A stretch of DNA of 64,000 bases from an uncultured delta proteobacterium. GTDB lineage: Bacteria > Desulfobacterota > Binatia > UBA9968. The stretch lies in assembly GCA_963840855.1 (NCBI GenBank), contig CAWJBB010000041.1, positions 160,001 through 224,000 on the forward strand, in the 5' to 3' direction. The notes below the pieces were generated by a model that saw only the letters and a program-made list of their open reading frames with translations, was not told the origin of the DNA and did not search any database. Shown piece after piece: positions 23,707-34,224 of this stretch (the stretch's first letter is position 1; each line of letters opens with the position of its first letter). The translations under genes and the position numbers were made by a program.

Positions 23707-24216
23707 GTGGCGGCGGATGCAAACCAGATCAAGTCCTTGGTACAGAGTTGGGCTGCGGGACACCCTCACGCGGTGCTCTACGACGAAGACAGTGCCGCGT
23801 TGATGGATGTCGCATCCGGCAAAACGACCATAGTGCCGTGGCGAGATCTTACGGCCTTTGAGGAAAAGATCCACCCGGAGACCAACGAGGCTTACCTGGT
23901 GCTGCTCTTTGAGAATGGTTCGCAAATCGCCCTCGTCGATCCCGGCGGTGTCGCCTTCGCACCGTCGACGGTGAATTCGGGGCCGGTGCCGGGACTTCCA
24001 CCGGTGGTTTGCCTCAAAGATTTCTTCACGCTGAAGGGCCGCGTCGATCATTATCTCTATGACCATCCCGACGAGCCGCCGCCCCGAGAGTGCCTGGACA
24101 TGATGATGGTCTGCATCGCGACCCTCGACGGTGCCCGTGCCGTGGGTTTCGATATCGGTGATCTGGAAGGACAGCTGGAAAAATCGCTCAACGAAATTGA
24201 CAGGAGAAGCGGGTAG
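23707..24216 (+). CDS. Hypothetical protein
   Basis: 169-aa ORF with protein-like composition, co-oriented with neighbours. Confidence 0.7.
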   Translation: MAADANQIKSLVQSWAAGHPHAVLYDEDSAALMDVASGKTTIVPWRDLTAFEEKIHPETNEAYLVLLFENGSQIALVDPGGVAFAPSTVNSGPVPGLPPVVCLKDFFTLKGRVDHYLYDHPDEPPPRECLDMMMVCIATLDGARAVGFDIGDLEGQLEKSLNEIDRRSG

Positions 24217-24279
24217 GAACGAAATCGAGCGGAGTATTGGAGCGTTGAAAAACGTGGGTCTCAAGCGGTCTGGGGCGGA

Positions 24280-25527
24280 TTGAGGGGCTCGGTGGGAGCC
24301 ATTGCCGGATTGGGCTGTCCGAAATGCGGCGAGCAATTTTCGTCGAGGACGGAGTTTCGCTGTGCCGACTGCAATTGCGTCCTCGAAGTAAACGTGGACA
24401 TCGGTCATTTGCACCTCGCCGATTTTGACATCATGCGCAAAAGCCGGGACCGGTCGATCTGGCGCTGGCTCGAGTTCTTTCCGGTCCGGCATCGTTCGTC
24501 GATCGTTACCTTGGGGGAAGGCGACACGCCATTGATCCATGCACGCCAATTAGGCGAGCTGCTGGATATTCCGCGCTTGTACTTGAAGAACGACTCGCTT
24601 CTGCCCACCGGATCGCTCAAGGACCGCAGCAACAGTGTCGGAATCTCGGTGGCGAAGGAGCTTGGTTTCAGCACCGCCGCGGTGCTGTCCACGGGTAACG
24701 CCGCGGCCTCGGTGGCGGCATACGCTGGCGCGGCTGGCATGAAAAGCGTGGTGATGGTACCGGCCGGCACCGCGCCTTCTAAAATCATTCAAGCGCGTGC
24801 CTGCGGCGCGACCGTAATCGTTCTCCAGGGCAGTTTCGATGACGAAGTCGCTCTGCTCTATCGGAACGCCATCGAGGAATTTGGTTGGTATGATTGTCTG
24901 TCATCCAATCCCTACCGCGTCGGCAAAAAATCCTACGCCTACGAAATCGTCGATCAACTCGACGGGGAAGTGCCGGATTGGGTCATCCATCCCACCGCGG
25001 GCGGGGCCGGTATTCACTTCATGTGGCAGGGCTTCGGGGAATTCGTTTCGCTGGGTTGGACCGATCGGCTGCCGAAACTGGTTGCCGCGCAGAGCGCAAT
25101 GGCCGCGCCCATCGCTCTGGCGTTTGACAAAGGTCTCGTCGAGATAGAGCCGGTGACAGCGCGACAGACGGTTGCGGAAAGCATCCAGGTCGGCAATCCA
25201 TCGGCGCTCGGTTGGCGCGCCCTCGCCGCGGTGCGCGCGTCGAAGGGTATGGCGGTGGCTTTAAACGACGAAGAGATCCTCGAAGCTCAATCATTGCAGG
25301 CCAGGCTAGCCGGAATTTTTGCCGAACCCGCCGCCAGCGCTTCCTTGGCCGGCGCCAAAAAACTGCGCGCTGCCGGCGCGATTGACCGAGAAGACCTCGT
25401 CGTGTGCAATGTCACCGGTCATGGCCTCAAACAGCCGGAAGCGTTGTGCATACCCGAGGACGAACTCCGGCCGATATCACCCAATCTCGGAGCGCTGCGG
25501 GAAGAGCTTCGGAGAAACGAGCGCTAG
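24280..25527 (+). CDS. thrC: Threonine synthase (PLP-dependent)
   Basis: CPKC..C.DC N-terminus, TLGEGDTPL, LPTGSLKDR, STGNAAAS, FAEPA, TGHGLK. Confidence 0.85.
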   Translation: MRGSVGAIAGLGCPKCGEQFSSRTEFRCADCNCVLEVNVDIGHLHLADFDIMRKSRDRSIWRWLEFFPVRHRSSIVTLGEGDTPLIHARQLGELLDIPRLYLKNDSLLPTGSLKDRSNSVGISVAKELGFSTAAVLSTGNAAASVAAYAGAAGMKSVVMVPAGTAPSKIIQARACGATVIVLQGSFDDEVALLYRNAIEEFGWYDCLSSNPYRVGKKSYAYEIVDQLDGEVPDWVIHPTAGGAGIHFMWQGFGEFVSLGWTDRLPKLVAAQSAMAAPIALAFDKGLVEIEPVTARQTVAESIQVGNPSALGWRALAAVRASKGMAVALNDEEILEAQSLQARLAGIFAEPAASASLAGAKKLRAAGAIDREDLVVCNVTGHGLKQPEALCIPEDELRPISPNLGALREELRRNER

Positions 25528-25689
25528 GGCAAAACGGATGGTTGTGCCGCGGGACGTGATGAGCATCCGTCCCTGTGGGTCGATACCCGGCGTTACGAAG
25601 GTCATCTACGGCCAACCATCTTTTTGCCGCACCGCGATACAAGCGCGATGATTTTCCTGCATGAATTTCTGGACATCTGAGATTTCCAT
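25525..25689 (-). pseudogene. Truncated PPOX-class (F420/FMN-binding split barrel) oxidoreductase fragment
   Basis: AGGAGG RBS then MEISDVQKFMQENHRACIAVRQKDGWP*MTFVTPGIDPQGRMLITSRGTT; internal TAG; ends at the thrC stop. Confidence 0.6.
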
Positions 25690-25714
25690 CCCATCCTCCT
25701 ATTGCGACTAAAGA

Positions 25715-25954
25715 CTATCCGTGACCGTTAGCGCCCCAAAGTTTGCCATCGATCCAGAGCTTGGCAAGTTCAAGACCGTATGAATCCGCCTGTGCTTGAG
25801 TATCGAACGTCATTCTGCGCCGGCCGAAGATCGGAATGCGTTTTTCCTTGTCGTTCTCTGTGAACACGATAGTCACTCGCGCCGTCCACTCGCCAGAGCG
25901 CTTCGCTTCCGACTCCAGTTCGACCCGGTGACCACGATAACTCTTTGTCCGCAT
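25715..25954 (-). CDS. Small hypothetical protein
   Basis: 79-aa ORF with ATG, co-oriented with neighbours. Confidence 0.65.
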   Translation of the reverse strand: MRTKSYRGHRVELESEAKRSGEWTARVTIVFTENDKEKRIPIFGRRRMTFDTQAQADSYGLELAKLWIDGKLWGANGHG

Positions 25955-26015
25955 ATGGAGTGTTGGAGTAGAGAGGTATGTGCTTAGGGCTGGGTGAGCC
26001 GGTTTTGACAGCGCG

Positions 26016-26846
26016 TTAAATGCTGACTTTTCCGCCGTTCAATTTGATGCCCAGCTTTGCCAGCGCTTCGACCACGGGAATTTCCGCGCCCAGGATCTTG
26101 CCAACTTCCGCGGCTAGCGGTAGATCTTTGTCGTAAAGATTGGTGCCCGTGTTGAATTTCATTTCCCCGCTGGAAAGATCGTATCTCGTTTCCCAACGCT
26201 CCAGAATATTCGGCGACTTGGTTTTCTGCATCAGGTCGAGGGCTGCTTTGTAATCGATGCCTCCCGCTTTGGCGATCTGCAGCGCTTCGTAGACGATGAG
26301 CGCCTCGGATGCGGTGACCATGTTTTTGAACAGCTTGGTCACGTTGCCTGAGCCCAGCGGCCCCATATAGACGGCATCCTTGGCCATGTTCATTAGATGC
26401 GGTTTGGCGCGGTCGAAAAATACTTTTTGTCCGCCGACGAGGAATGTCAAGCCGCCCTGGCGCACCATGCTGGGCACCGCTGTCATGCAAGCGTCGATGA
26501 CGTTGACCCTCTTGTCGGCGCCAGCTTCGGCCACTTTCTTCGTGGTGGCGGGGCGGATTGTGCTGTGGAGCAACACCAGCGCTCCCGGCGCCGCGCCTTC
26601 GAGAACGCCGTCCCGGCCCAAAGTGCAGTCGAGAACTTCCTGGTCTGTGCGCACGACCACGTCGATAAGGGTCGATGCTTGCGCCACCGCTTTCGCCGAC
26701 GCGGCGATCTCGGCCCCTTCGGCGCGCGCCGCCGCCAGGCCGGACGGCGCGATATCGAACGCCAGTGCCTTGATATTGGCCAGTTTCAGGCGGGATAACA
26801 GCGCACTACCCATCGCTCCGGTTCCAACAAAACCGATATTCTCCAT
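26016..26846 (-). CDS. NAD(P)-dependent oxidoreductase, beta-hydroxyacid dehydrogenase family
   Basis: IGFVGTGAMG, HST, VGG, GSGNVTKLFKN, KDL. Confidence 0.9.
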   Translation of the reverse strand: MENIGFVGTGAMGSALLSRLKLANIKALAFDIAPSGLAAARAEGAEIAASAKAVAQASTLIDVVVRTDQEVLDCTLGRDGVLEGAAPGALVLLHSTIRPATTKKVAEAGADKRVNVIDACMTAVPSMVRQGGLTFLVGGQKVFFDRAKPHLMNMAKDAVYMGPLGSGNVTKLFKNMVTASEALIVYEALQIAKAGGIDYKAALDLMQKTKSPNILERWETRYDLSSGEMKFNTGTNLYDKDLPLAAEVGKILGAEIPVVEALAKLGIKLNGGKVSI

Positions 26847-26918
26847 ACCATTCTCCTCTCTATGTTTTTGTACTACACTCGGGCACTGCAGTCGACGAGA
26901 CAGTTTTTCACGACGCAG

Positions 26919-27052
26919 GCACCACTCCTCTTTCGTATGTTCCCAACGTTCGCATCTTTCAAATCAGTTCCGGATCTTTGTAACTGCTTGAACGGTTTGC
27001 ACATCTTGAACGCCTTGAACCCCCGGCTCGCGGCCTTCTTTGTGGTTGAATC
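26919..27052 (+). repeat. ~135-bp direct repeat, copy 1 (internal GTTC.. / TTGAAC inverted units)
   Basis: Aligns with 28151-28288 (shared CTTTCGTATGTTC, TTTCAAAT, ACATCTTGAACGC, CGCGGCCTTCTTTGTG). Confidence 0.85.
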
Positions 27053-27083
27053 TTGTCTCCTCTCAGGTTGCGGCTGTGCCGCG

Positions 27084-28094
27084 CTATGTTGTTGCGGTCA
27101 ATTTTGCCATGACATGTTTGCTGAACAATTGCACCGAGCGCAGCGATTCGGCGAGAGAAAGATCGCCGAAGGCGAACTGTCCGACTAGATAATTGGCGCC
27201 GGACTCGGCGAGCTGCGCTTGCAGGAACTCGCGCACGGTTTCAGGATCGCCGGCAACGGCCTGGCGGATTTCCATCATCTTGTCGAAGTCGGCTGGCCGT
27301 GGGTGGGCGGGCCTGCCGCCGCGTAGAGAGAACAAGAAATAAAAACTACGATGCCAAACCGGATAGGCGCGCCGGGCGGCGGCAAGCGCTTGTCGACCAT
27401 CCTCGGCGATGACAATGAAGCGGCTTAGTCCCAGTTTTGGTAGCGGTGCATCGCCGCGCGTCGCCCGCCAGACCTCGCGGAATTTGTCATTGTATTTGCG
27501 CGTGTCAGCCGCGGAATCGAGGCTGACCATGTTCAGGCCTTGATGGGCCGCGCGCTCGCCGGCTTCGACGGAGTGCACGCCGTACCACATCGGTGGGTGC
27601 GGTTTCTGCAAAGGTTCCAACTCCATCGGAATATCTTTGAACGAAAAGAAGCTGCCCTCGAAGTTGAGTTTCTTTTGCGTCAGTCCTTGCAAGATCAGCT
27701 CGCGTGCCTCGGTGTAGACGGCCTGCGCCTTGGCCGGATCCTGGCCGTAAAACGAGACCTCCACCGGCGAGGAGCCGCGCCCGAAGCCGATTTCAAGCCG
27801 GCCGCCGCTCAGTTGATCGAGCATGCATATCTCTTCGATCAAACGAAGCGGGTGATGGAGCGGCAAGGCATAGACCATCGGGCCAAAGCGGAGCCGGCTC
27901 GTGCGCTGGGCTACCGCTGAGAGAAATACGCTCGGCGACGGCGCCATGCCGATGGGTGTGGAGTGGTGTTCGGCGAGGTGATAGGCATAAAATCCCGCGG
28001 CATCGTAGGCCTCGATGAGCTTGAGGCGCGCTTCATAGTACTCATGAAGCGGTAAATCGTTGCGGTCGAGATGATCGAATACGCCGAATTCCAT
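27084..28094 (-). CDS. LLM class flavin-dependent oxidoreductase (luciferase-like monooxygenase)
   Basis: MEFGVFDH, LAEHHSTP, HPLRLIEEICMLDQLSGGRLEIGFGRG, PLQKPHPP. Confidence 0.92.
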   Translation of the reverse strand: MEFGVFDHLDRNDLPLHEYYEARLKLIEAYDAAGFYAYHLAEHHSTPIGMAPSPSVFLSAVAQRTSRLRFGPMVYALPLHHPLRLIEEICMLDQLSGGRLEIGFGRGSSPVEVSFYGQDPAKAQAVYTEARELILQGLTQKKLNFEGSFFSFKDIPMELEPLQKPHPPMWYGVHSVEAGERAAHQGLNMVSLDSAADTRKYNDKFREVWRATRGDAPLPKLGLSRFIVIAEDGRQALAAARRAYPVWHRSFYFLFSLRGGRPAHPRPADFDKMMEIRQAVAGDPETVREFLQAQLAESGANYLVGQFAFGDLSLAESLRSVQLFSKHVMAKLTATT

Positions 28095-28150
28095 AGAGCA
28101 AATGGCTAGCCCTGCTTTGCTGATAGACGAAACAGATTCTCGCCACGACC

Positions 28151-28288
28151 GCACCGCTCACTTTCGTATGTTCAAACGTTCCAAACGTTCAAGTCGTTTC
28201 AAATAGATTCTGGATATCCGTAACGGTGAACGTTCTGAACATCTTGAACGCATTGAACCCGCGGCACGCGGCCTTCTTTGTGTTTGAT
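28151..28288 (+). repeat. ~135-bp direct repeat, copy 2
   Basis: Aligns with 26919-27052; the pair flanks the LLM gene. Confidence 0.85.
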
Positions 28289-28390
28289 TTTCTTTGCGCG
28301 TTAGCTTTTCGCGAAGCGTATATGAGACCGGCTTAGTTTTACAAGCACTGTTCTTGGCAAAGCGGAAAGTTAGGCGTTGAAAACCAAGCG

Positions 28391-28432
28391 GCGATGCCAG
28401 GATTGAACTGAATTCTCCAACGACTTAATCCT
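28391..28432 (+). repeat. 66-bp cassette-boundary site, copy A (left half only)
   Basis: GCGATGCCAG GATTGAACTGAATTCTCCAACGACTTAATCCT, joined directly to the RBS/ATG of the next gene. Confidence 0.85.
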
Positions 28433-28442
28433 AGAGGTGCAT

Positions 28443-29367
28443 ATGAATTCCAATCTATCGAAATCCGCTGTCGCTACCGGCTTGTCCCTTGTGGCCACCT
28501 CTACGGCATATGCAGCCGACAGTGCAAAGATGGAGGGTGGTAGATGGCGTCAAGTTCGAACACAAGTATGCCGCTGTCAATGATATTCAACTGCACTATC
28601 TCATTGCTGGAGATGGCCGCAAACCGGTGTTGTTGATACACGGATTTCCAGGAGACTGGGGGAACTGGAAGCTCTTGATGGGGAAGCTGGTCAACCAAGG
28701 CTACGCGGCTGTCGTTCCGGATTTTCGTGGGGTAGGCGAGTCCTCCGTCCCGGCCTCCGGTTACGATAAAAAAACAATCGCACAAGACCTGCGTGCGCTC
28801 ATGAATGGACTGGGGTTCTCGGCACCTATAATATTGCCCACCTGTATGCGGCCCAGTTCCGAGGCGAGGTAAAGGAGCTTGTGCTCATGGATTCCTTTCT
28901 GCCGGGGATTCCGGGTTGGGAGCAGGGATACGATGGACGTCCCGGGAAATGGCATTTCCGCTTCTTCGGCGAAACCCATTGCAGTTGGTAAAGGGGCGTG
29001 AGCGCATATATCTGGATATGTTCTGGAATGATTTTGTCGTCCCTGGCAATCCCTCGGTCCCTGAAATCGACAGGGTGGCATTGACCGAAGGCTACGCAAG
29101 GCCGGACCGTATGAAATCCGCATTTGCGCTTTATTTAACCTGGACTACCAACGATGCTCCTGACAATCAGGCTTTCCTAAAGAGAAGCTTGAAGTCCCGG
29201 TCTTGTCGATAGGCGGTGATCATTCGCGTGGCAAGACCTTGGCCGAGCAAATGCCGCAGATTGTGGTAGATCCCCAGTCCTTGATCGTAAAAAACAGCGC
29301 GCATTTTGTACTTGAGGAGAAGACCGAGGAAACGAGCGCTGCGATTTTCAGGTTTTTACAGGATTAA
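28443..29367 (+). pseudogene. Secreted alpha/beta hydrolase (epoxide hydrolase-like), several frameshifts
   Basis: Signal peptide MNSNLSKSAVATGLSLVATSTAYAA; LLIHGFP, PDFRGVGES, GYDKKTIAQD and C-terminal NSAHFVLEE segments lie in different frames. Confidence 0.75.
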
Positions 29368-29563
29368 CTGCAAAGCGTTGATGGCCTTCCGGCGCGTCGC
29401 ATATTACGTTGACAGAGAATTACTTTGCTACCACACAAGAAAAAAATCGAGTTGACAAGGCGAGTCCAGCCGTAATAACGTGCGCGACACTATCTGGGTT
29501 TTTGCTTCAACTCTAGATAAACGCACGACGGTATTTCATCAATCTCGTTAATGAGAGGGAACC

Positions 29564-30803
29564 ATGAAGCGATTTGTATTTAGTATTCTTCTGGTAGGGT
29601 CGTTGTTCACGTTGTTTACCGGCTTGGTAAAAGCCGATGTGATTGCCGACTGGAACGAAAGAGCGGTCGTCGCGGGCGAAAAGGCGCGCGTCGGAAATTT
29701 TCCGACAGCTAGGGCTATAGCGATGGTTCATTTGGCGATGTTCGAGGCGGTCAATTCAATTGAACCCCGTTATATGCATTATCGAGCCCGGTTATCGGCG
29801 GAGCCCGCGGCGTCGCGCGACGCCCGCTGCGGCTAGCGCCGCCCATGCCGTATTGGTGCGCGTGTTTCCCGAACAAGCCGCGGAACTAGATAAGGCGCTT
29901 CAATCGTCACTTGCCACTGTGTCGGATGGTACATCCAAGACACAAGGCGTTGAGCTTGGCCAACAAGCGGGCGCGGCGATCGTCGCCGAACGCCGTGACG
30001 ATGGTTGGGACGCGCCAAACAGCTACCGGCCATACACGGTGGCCGGTAAATACGTTCCTACGGAGTTGCCCATTGGTTACACCGTGGCGAGCGTAAAGCC
30101 ATTTTCACTCAAGACCGGCAATCATCTGCGGCCGCCAGCTCCTTATGCACTCAAAAGCGCGCAGTGGGCCAAAGATTTCATCGAAGTAAAAAAGCTGGGG
30201 GCCAAGACAGGTTCGGCGCGCACGGCGGAACAGACAGATATAGCCCGCTTCTGGGCATTGACAGGACCGGCGACGTACAACCCGGTGGTACGCCAGCTTG
30301 CAGCGGCTAAGGGGCTCGATGTTTTGGACAACGCCCGGTTATTCGCTCTGTTCTCGATGGCAACGGCTGATGCGAGTATCGAAATCTTCGATGCCAAGTA
30401 CGCCTACAACTTCTGGCGTCCAGTGACCGCGATCCGCAACGCAGACTTGGATGGTAATAACGCCACCGAGCGCGATCCGACGTGGGAGCCGTTTATTGCA
30501 ACGCCCATGCACCCTGAATATCCCTGCGCCCACTGTATCGCTCAGGGTAGTGCTGCCAGCGTGCTCGATGCGTTTTTCGGAGACGCGGTGCCGACTTTCA
30601 CAATGACCAGCACGACTGCGCCCGGAGTGACACGCAAATTCTCCAAGCTGTCCGATTACGTTACGGAAGTCGTCAATGCTCGCGTTTACGACGGCGTGCA
30701 CTACCGCACCTCCGGTGAGGTTGGTGCCACCATGGGCCGCAAAAACGGGCAATACGCCGTGCAGAATTACCTAAAGCCCATTGCTCAAGCGGGTGCCCGA
30801 TGA
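29564..30803 (+). CDS. Vanadium-dependent haloperoxidase / PAP2 superfamily protein, secreted; frameshift near 29822
   Basis: Signal peptide, DVIADWN, AKYAYNFWRP, PMHPEYPCAH, ARVYDGVHYR. Confidence 0.85.
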
Positions 30804-30844
30804 TGTGATAGGTTGAAGAAAGCATGACCATCGGTCGCACGCAC

Positions 30845-30940
30845 ATGAAGAAAGTTGCGGTGCAAGCAATTTTGCTTGCAGTAGTACTCCTTATTGCAGT
30901 CATCGCCGAGGCGCACGTGGCGATGCCAGGATTGAACTGA
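30845..30940 (+). pseudogene. Signal-peptide-only remnant of an ABC substrate-binding protein gene
   Basis: MKKVAVQAILLAVVLLIAVIAEAH matches the N-termini of the four intact paralogues, then runs into the 66-bp site and stops. Confidence 0.8.
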
Positions 30941-30995
30941 ATTCTCCGTCTACTAAATCCTGTGAGATTTGTCCGTTGCGTCGTTCAGTTCAATC
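30930..30995 (+). repeat. 66-bp cassette-boundary site, copy B (complete)
   Basis: Perfect 14-bp inverted repeat AGGATTGAACTGAA (30928-30941) / TTCAGTTCAATCCT (30984-30997). Confidence 0.92.
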
Positions 30996-31083
30996 CTACG
31001 GCAAAATCTCTCGATTTTCAGAGCTATGCGAGGGTGTTTCGCTCGTCATGAGTAGCGAATATTTTAGATTGGCAATTTGCGTT

Positions 31084-31112
31084 TTCTCCATCGCACAAAA
31101 TCCCGTGAGATT
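31084..31112 (+). repeat. 66-bp site, copy C (degenerate central part)
   Basis: TTCTCCATCGCACAAAATCCCGTGAGATT resembles the consensus centre TTCTCCnnCGACnnAATCCTGTGAGATT. Confidence 0.55.
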
Positions 31113-31308
31113 CACCGGTCAGACAACCGTCGCTGCTTCACCCAAGGCTTTAGTCCAAAGGGTTAATTGCATCGTTGACGCCACCAACCATCTGAAGTAA
31201 AAAATCAGTTCAGCCGCCGGGGGAGCCTGTTGCGACGGCATAACCCAATCCTGTCATAATTATAGGTTCTCCCCCGACCAACAACTTTGCTTCGGTCTTT
31301 TTGGATTT

Positions 31309-34224
31309 ATGGCAACCCCGACCAAAAAAGGCTCTAAGAATACCACGGCAAAACCGCGCCGCCCGGTGGTGAAGACATCTCAGCCTAAACAAGCGCAAAA
31401 CATTCAGTCATTGCAGCGAAATCTCGATGAGTCACACGAACGGGAAGCGGCGACGAGCGACATTCTTCGCATGATCGCGCGCGCGCAGGGAGACCTCCAA
31501 TCTATCCTGGATGCGACCGCTACGAATGCTGCGAAATTGTGTGATGCGGTGGATGCTGCGGTGTGGCGCGTCGATGGCGATGTGTTACGCCTCGCCGCGC
31601 ACTTTGGGTCGATCCCGATGCTACACGCGCTAGGTGATACTGACAGCATCGATCGGAGCACAGCCACTGGCCGCGCGGTTGTGGAGCGGCAAACAATCCA
31701 TGTCCACGATATGGTAGCAGCGCAAGCTGAGTTTCCGAGAGCTCAAATGCGCGGCGTAATAACGGGAACTCGTACCACGTTGGCGGCGCCGCTGCTACGC
31801 GACGGCAACGTAATCGGGGCTATTCATATTCGTCGACGCGAAGTCTGTCCCTTCACTGATGAGCAAATCAAACTCGTTGAGACCTTCGCCGACCAGGCCG
31901 TCATTGCGATCGAGAACGTGCGGTTGTTTCAAGAATTGAAGGAGTCACTGGAGCAGCAAACTGCGACGAGCGAAATTCTCGGCGTCATCGCGAGTTCGCC
32001 CACCGATATACAGCCTGTGCTAGACGCCGTCGTCAAGAATGCTGCAAAGCTCTGCGAGGCTGACGACGCTTTGATTACTCGCATCGATGGTGATTCCTTG
32101 AAAAGGGTAGCTAATTATGGACCACTGCCCGGGTCGCTGGGCGGAGGTCCGGCCTTCGACCGTGGCTCGATAGCCGGCCGAGCCATCATTGCCCGGCAAG
32201 CCGTTCACATACCTGACCTCGCAACAGAACCAGTGGATGACCTTCCGGCACCACTCGCTAGAAGTATAGGAGTTCGGACCGTACTTGCTACTCCACTACT
32301 GCGTGAGGGTATGCCGATCGGCACGATCATGATCCGTCGGACGGAGGTTCGACCCTTTTCGGAAAAGCAAATCAAGCTCCTCGAAACCTTCGCCGACCAG
32401 GCAGTAATTGCCATCGAAAATGTCCGCTTGTTCAAGGAACTCGGGGAACGCAATGCGGAACTGCGGGAGGCCCTAGAACATCAAACTGCTACGGCCGAGG
32501 TGCTTGGCATTATCAGCCGATCGCCTACGGACGTACAGCCGGTCCTCGATGCCATCGTCGAGAGCGCGGCGCGGGTTTGTGGGATTGATGACGTGCAGCT
32601 GCGACTGCACGAGGGCGACAATATGGTTTCGCGGGCTCATTTTGGTCCCATACCCAGCGGCCGCTTCGAGATCAGCATCGATGCGCCACAGTTTCGCTGG
32701 ATGCGCGAGCATGGCACTCTCCACATTCCCGACGTCCGTACGCAGCGCAATGATTTTCCAACGCTGGGTTCCGACAGCGGCTCGCGCACCTTTTTACTCG
32801 TTCCCCTTCGTCAGCAGGGGGAACACATTGGAGTACTGGCCGCCCGTCGCGGCGAGGTGCGCCCCTTCACCCCGGTGCAGATCAAACTTCTCGAAACCTT
32901 TGCCGACCAGGCGGTGATCGCAATCGAGAACGTGCGGCTGTTCAAAGAGTTACAAGAACGGACGCGCGAATTGATGGAATCGGTGGAGGAGATGAAAGCT
33001 CTCGGAGAAGTCGGCCAAGCAGTCAGCTCCACTTTGGATCTCCAGACAGTCCTCAGTACGATTGTGCGCCACGCTGTCCAGCTTTCTGGAACTAATGGCG
33101 GTGTTATCTATGAATACGATGAAGCTGCTCAAGAGTTTCATCTCAGAGCGAGCGACCGCATGGAGAAAGAAGTGATCGAGGCTCTCCAAACCACTCCAAT
33201 TCGCCCAGGTCAGGGTGCCACCGGGCAAACCGTGAGCGCTCGCGCGCCAGTTCAGGTTTTTGACTTATTGGACGAGCGAGAGATTAGCGGCACCCGAATC
33301 CGGCCGATAATGGCGCGGCTGGGTTATCGATCGTTACTTGCGGTTCCAATTCTGCGCGAGGAGCGGATCATGGGTGCCTTAACCGTCTGGCGTAAGGAGG
33401 TAGGCAACTTTTCACCTGAGATTGTGAACCTTCTTCAGACGTTTGCGACACAGTCCGCCCTCGCAATTCAAAACGCACGCTTGTTCCGTGAGATTGAGAA
33501 CAAGAGCCGCGAGATTGAGACGGCTAACCGGCACAAATCTGAATTTCTCGCCAACATGTCCCACGAGCTGCGCACGCCATTGACCGCCATCATTGGGTTC
33601 TCCGAGGTTCTTTCAGAGAAGGTTTTCGGAGAAATGAATGACAAGCAGAGCGAATATATGGACGATATCGTCTCCTCGGGGCGTCATCTTCTTTCGCTGA
33701 TCAACGACATTCTGGATCTGTCCAAAGTCGAGGCCGGGCGGATGGAATTGGATCTGACAAAGTTTGACATACCAACCGCGATCGACAACGCGCTGATTCT
33801 CATACGAGAACGGGCGACGCGGCACGGTATAACGCTACGGCATACCGTAGACGAGCGTGTGGGCGAAGTCCTCGGTGACGAGCGAAAGTTCAAGCAAATT
33901 CTTTTGAATCTATTATCGAATGCAGTCAAGTTTACTGCGGAAGGTGGACATGTCGACGTTGATGCCGCGTTGACCAACGGAGCGGTAGAGATATCGGTGA
34001 GCGACACGGGCGTAGGCATCGCCCCCGAAAACCAGGAGGCGATCTTTGAAGAATTTCGTCAGGTGGGTACCGACGTTTCCAAGAAGCGCGAAGGAACGGG
34101 TTTAGGGTTGACGCTCACGCGGAAGTTTGTCGAATTGCATGGGGGGAAGATTTGGGTTGAAAGCGCAGTCGGCAAGGGGAGTACATTCACGTTTACTCTG
34201 CCGCTTCAACCAAGAGAGGTTTGA
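31309..34224 (+). CDS. Multi-GAF sensor histidine kinase
   Basis: Four GAF units ending [17 protein letters not shown] or [17 protein letters not shown]; [29 protein letters not shown]. Confidence 0.93.
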   Translation: MATPTKKGSKNTTAKPRRPVVKTSQPKQAQNIQSLQRNLDESHEREAATSDILRMIARAQGDLQSILDATATNAAKLCDAVDAAVWRVDGDVLRLAAHFGSIPMLHALGDTDSIDRSTATGRAVVERQTIHVHDMVAAQAEFPRAQMRGVITGTRTTLAAPLLRDGNVIGAIHIRRREVCPFTDEQIKLVETFADQAVIAIENVRLFQELKESLEQQTATSEILGVIASSPTDIQPVLDAVVKNAAKLCEADDALITRIDGDSLKRVANYGPLPGSLGGGPAFDRGSIAGRAIIARQAVHIPDLATEPVDDLPAPLARSIGVRTVLATPLLREGMPIGTIMIRRTEVRPFSEKQIKLLETFADQAVIAIENVRLFKELGERNAELREALEHQTATAEVLGIISRSPTDVQPVLDAIVESAARVCGIDDVQLRLHEGDNMVSRAHFGPIPSGRFEISIDAPQFRWMREHGTLHIPDVRTQRNDFPTLGSDSGSRTFLLVPLRQQGEHIGVLAARRGEVRPFTPVQIKLLETFADQAVIAIENVRLFKELQERTRELMESVEEMKALGEVGQAVSSTLDLQTVLSTIVRHAVQLSGTNGGVIYEYDEAAQEFHLRASDRMEKEVIEALQTTPIRPGQGATGQTVSARAPVQVFDLLDEREISGTRIRPIMARLGYRSLLAVPILREERIMGALTVWRKEVGNFSPEIVNLLQTFATQSALAIQNARLFREIENKSREIETANRHKSEFLANMSHELRTPLTAIIGFSEVLSEKVFGEMNDKQSEYMDDIVSSGRHLLSLINDILDLSKVEAGRMELDLTKFDIPTAIDNALILIRERATRHGITLRHTVDERVGEVLGDERKFKQILLNLLSNAVKFTAEGGHVDVDAALTNGAVEISVSDTGVGIAPENQEAIFEEFRQVGTDVSKKREGTGLGLTLTRKFVELHGGKIWVESAVGKGSTFTFTLPLQPREV

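Noticed and set aside
25606-25608. In-frame TAG in the PPOX fragment as pyrrolysine or readthrough
   Set aside because: It falls at a position normally Gln (CAG to TAG), the gene is also truncated, and there are no pyl genes in view
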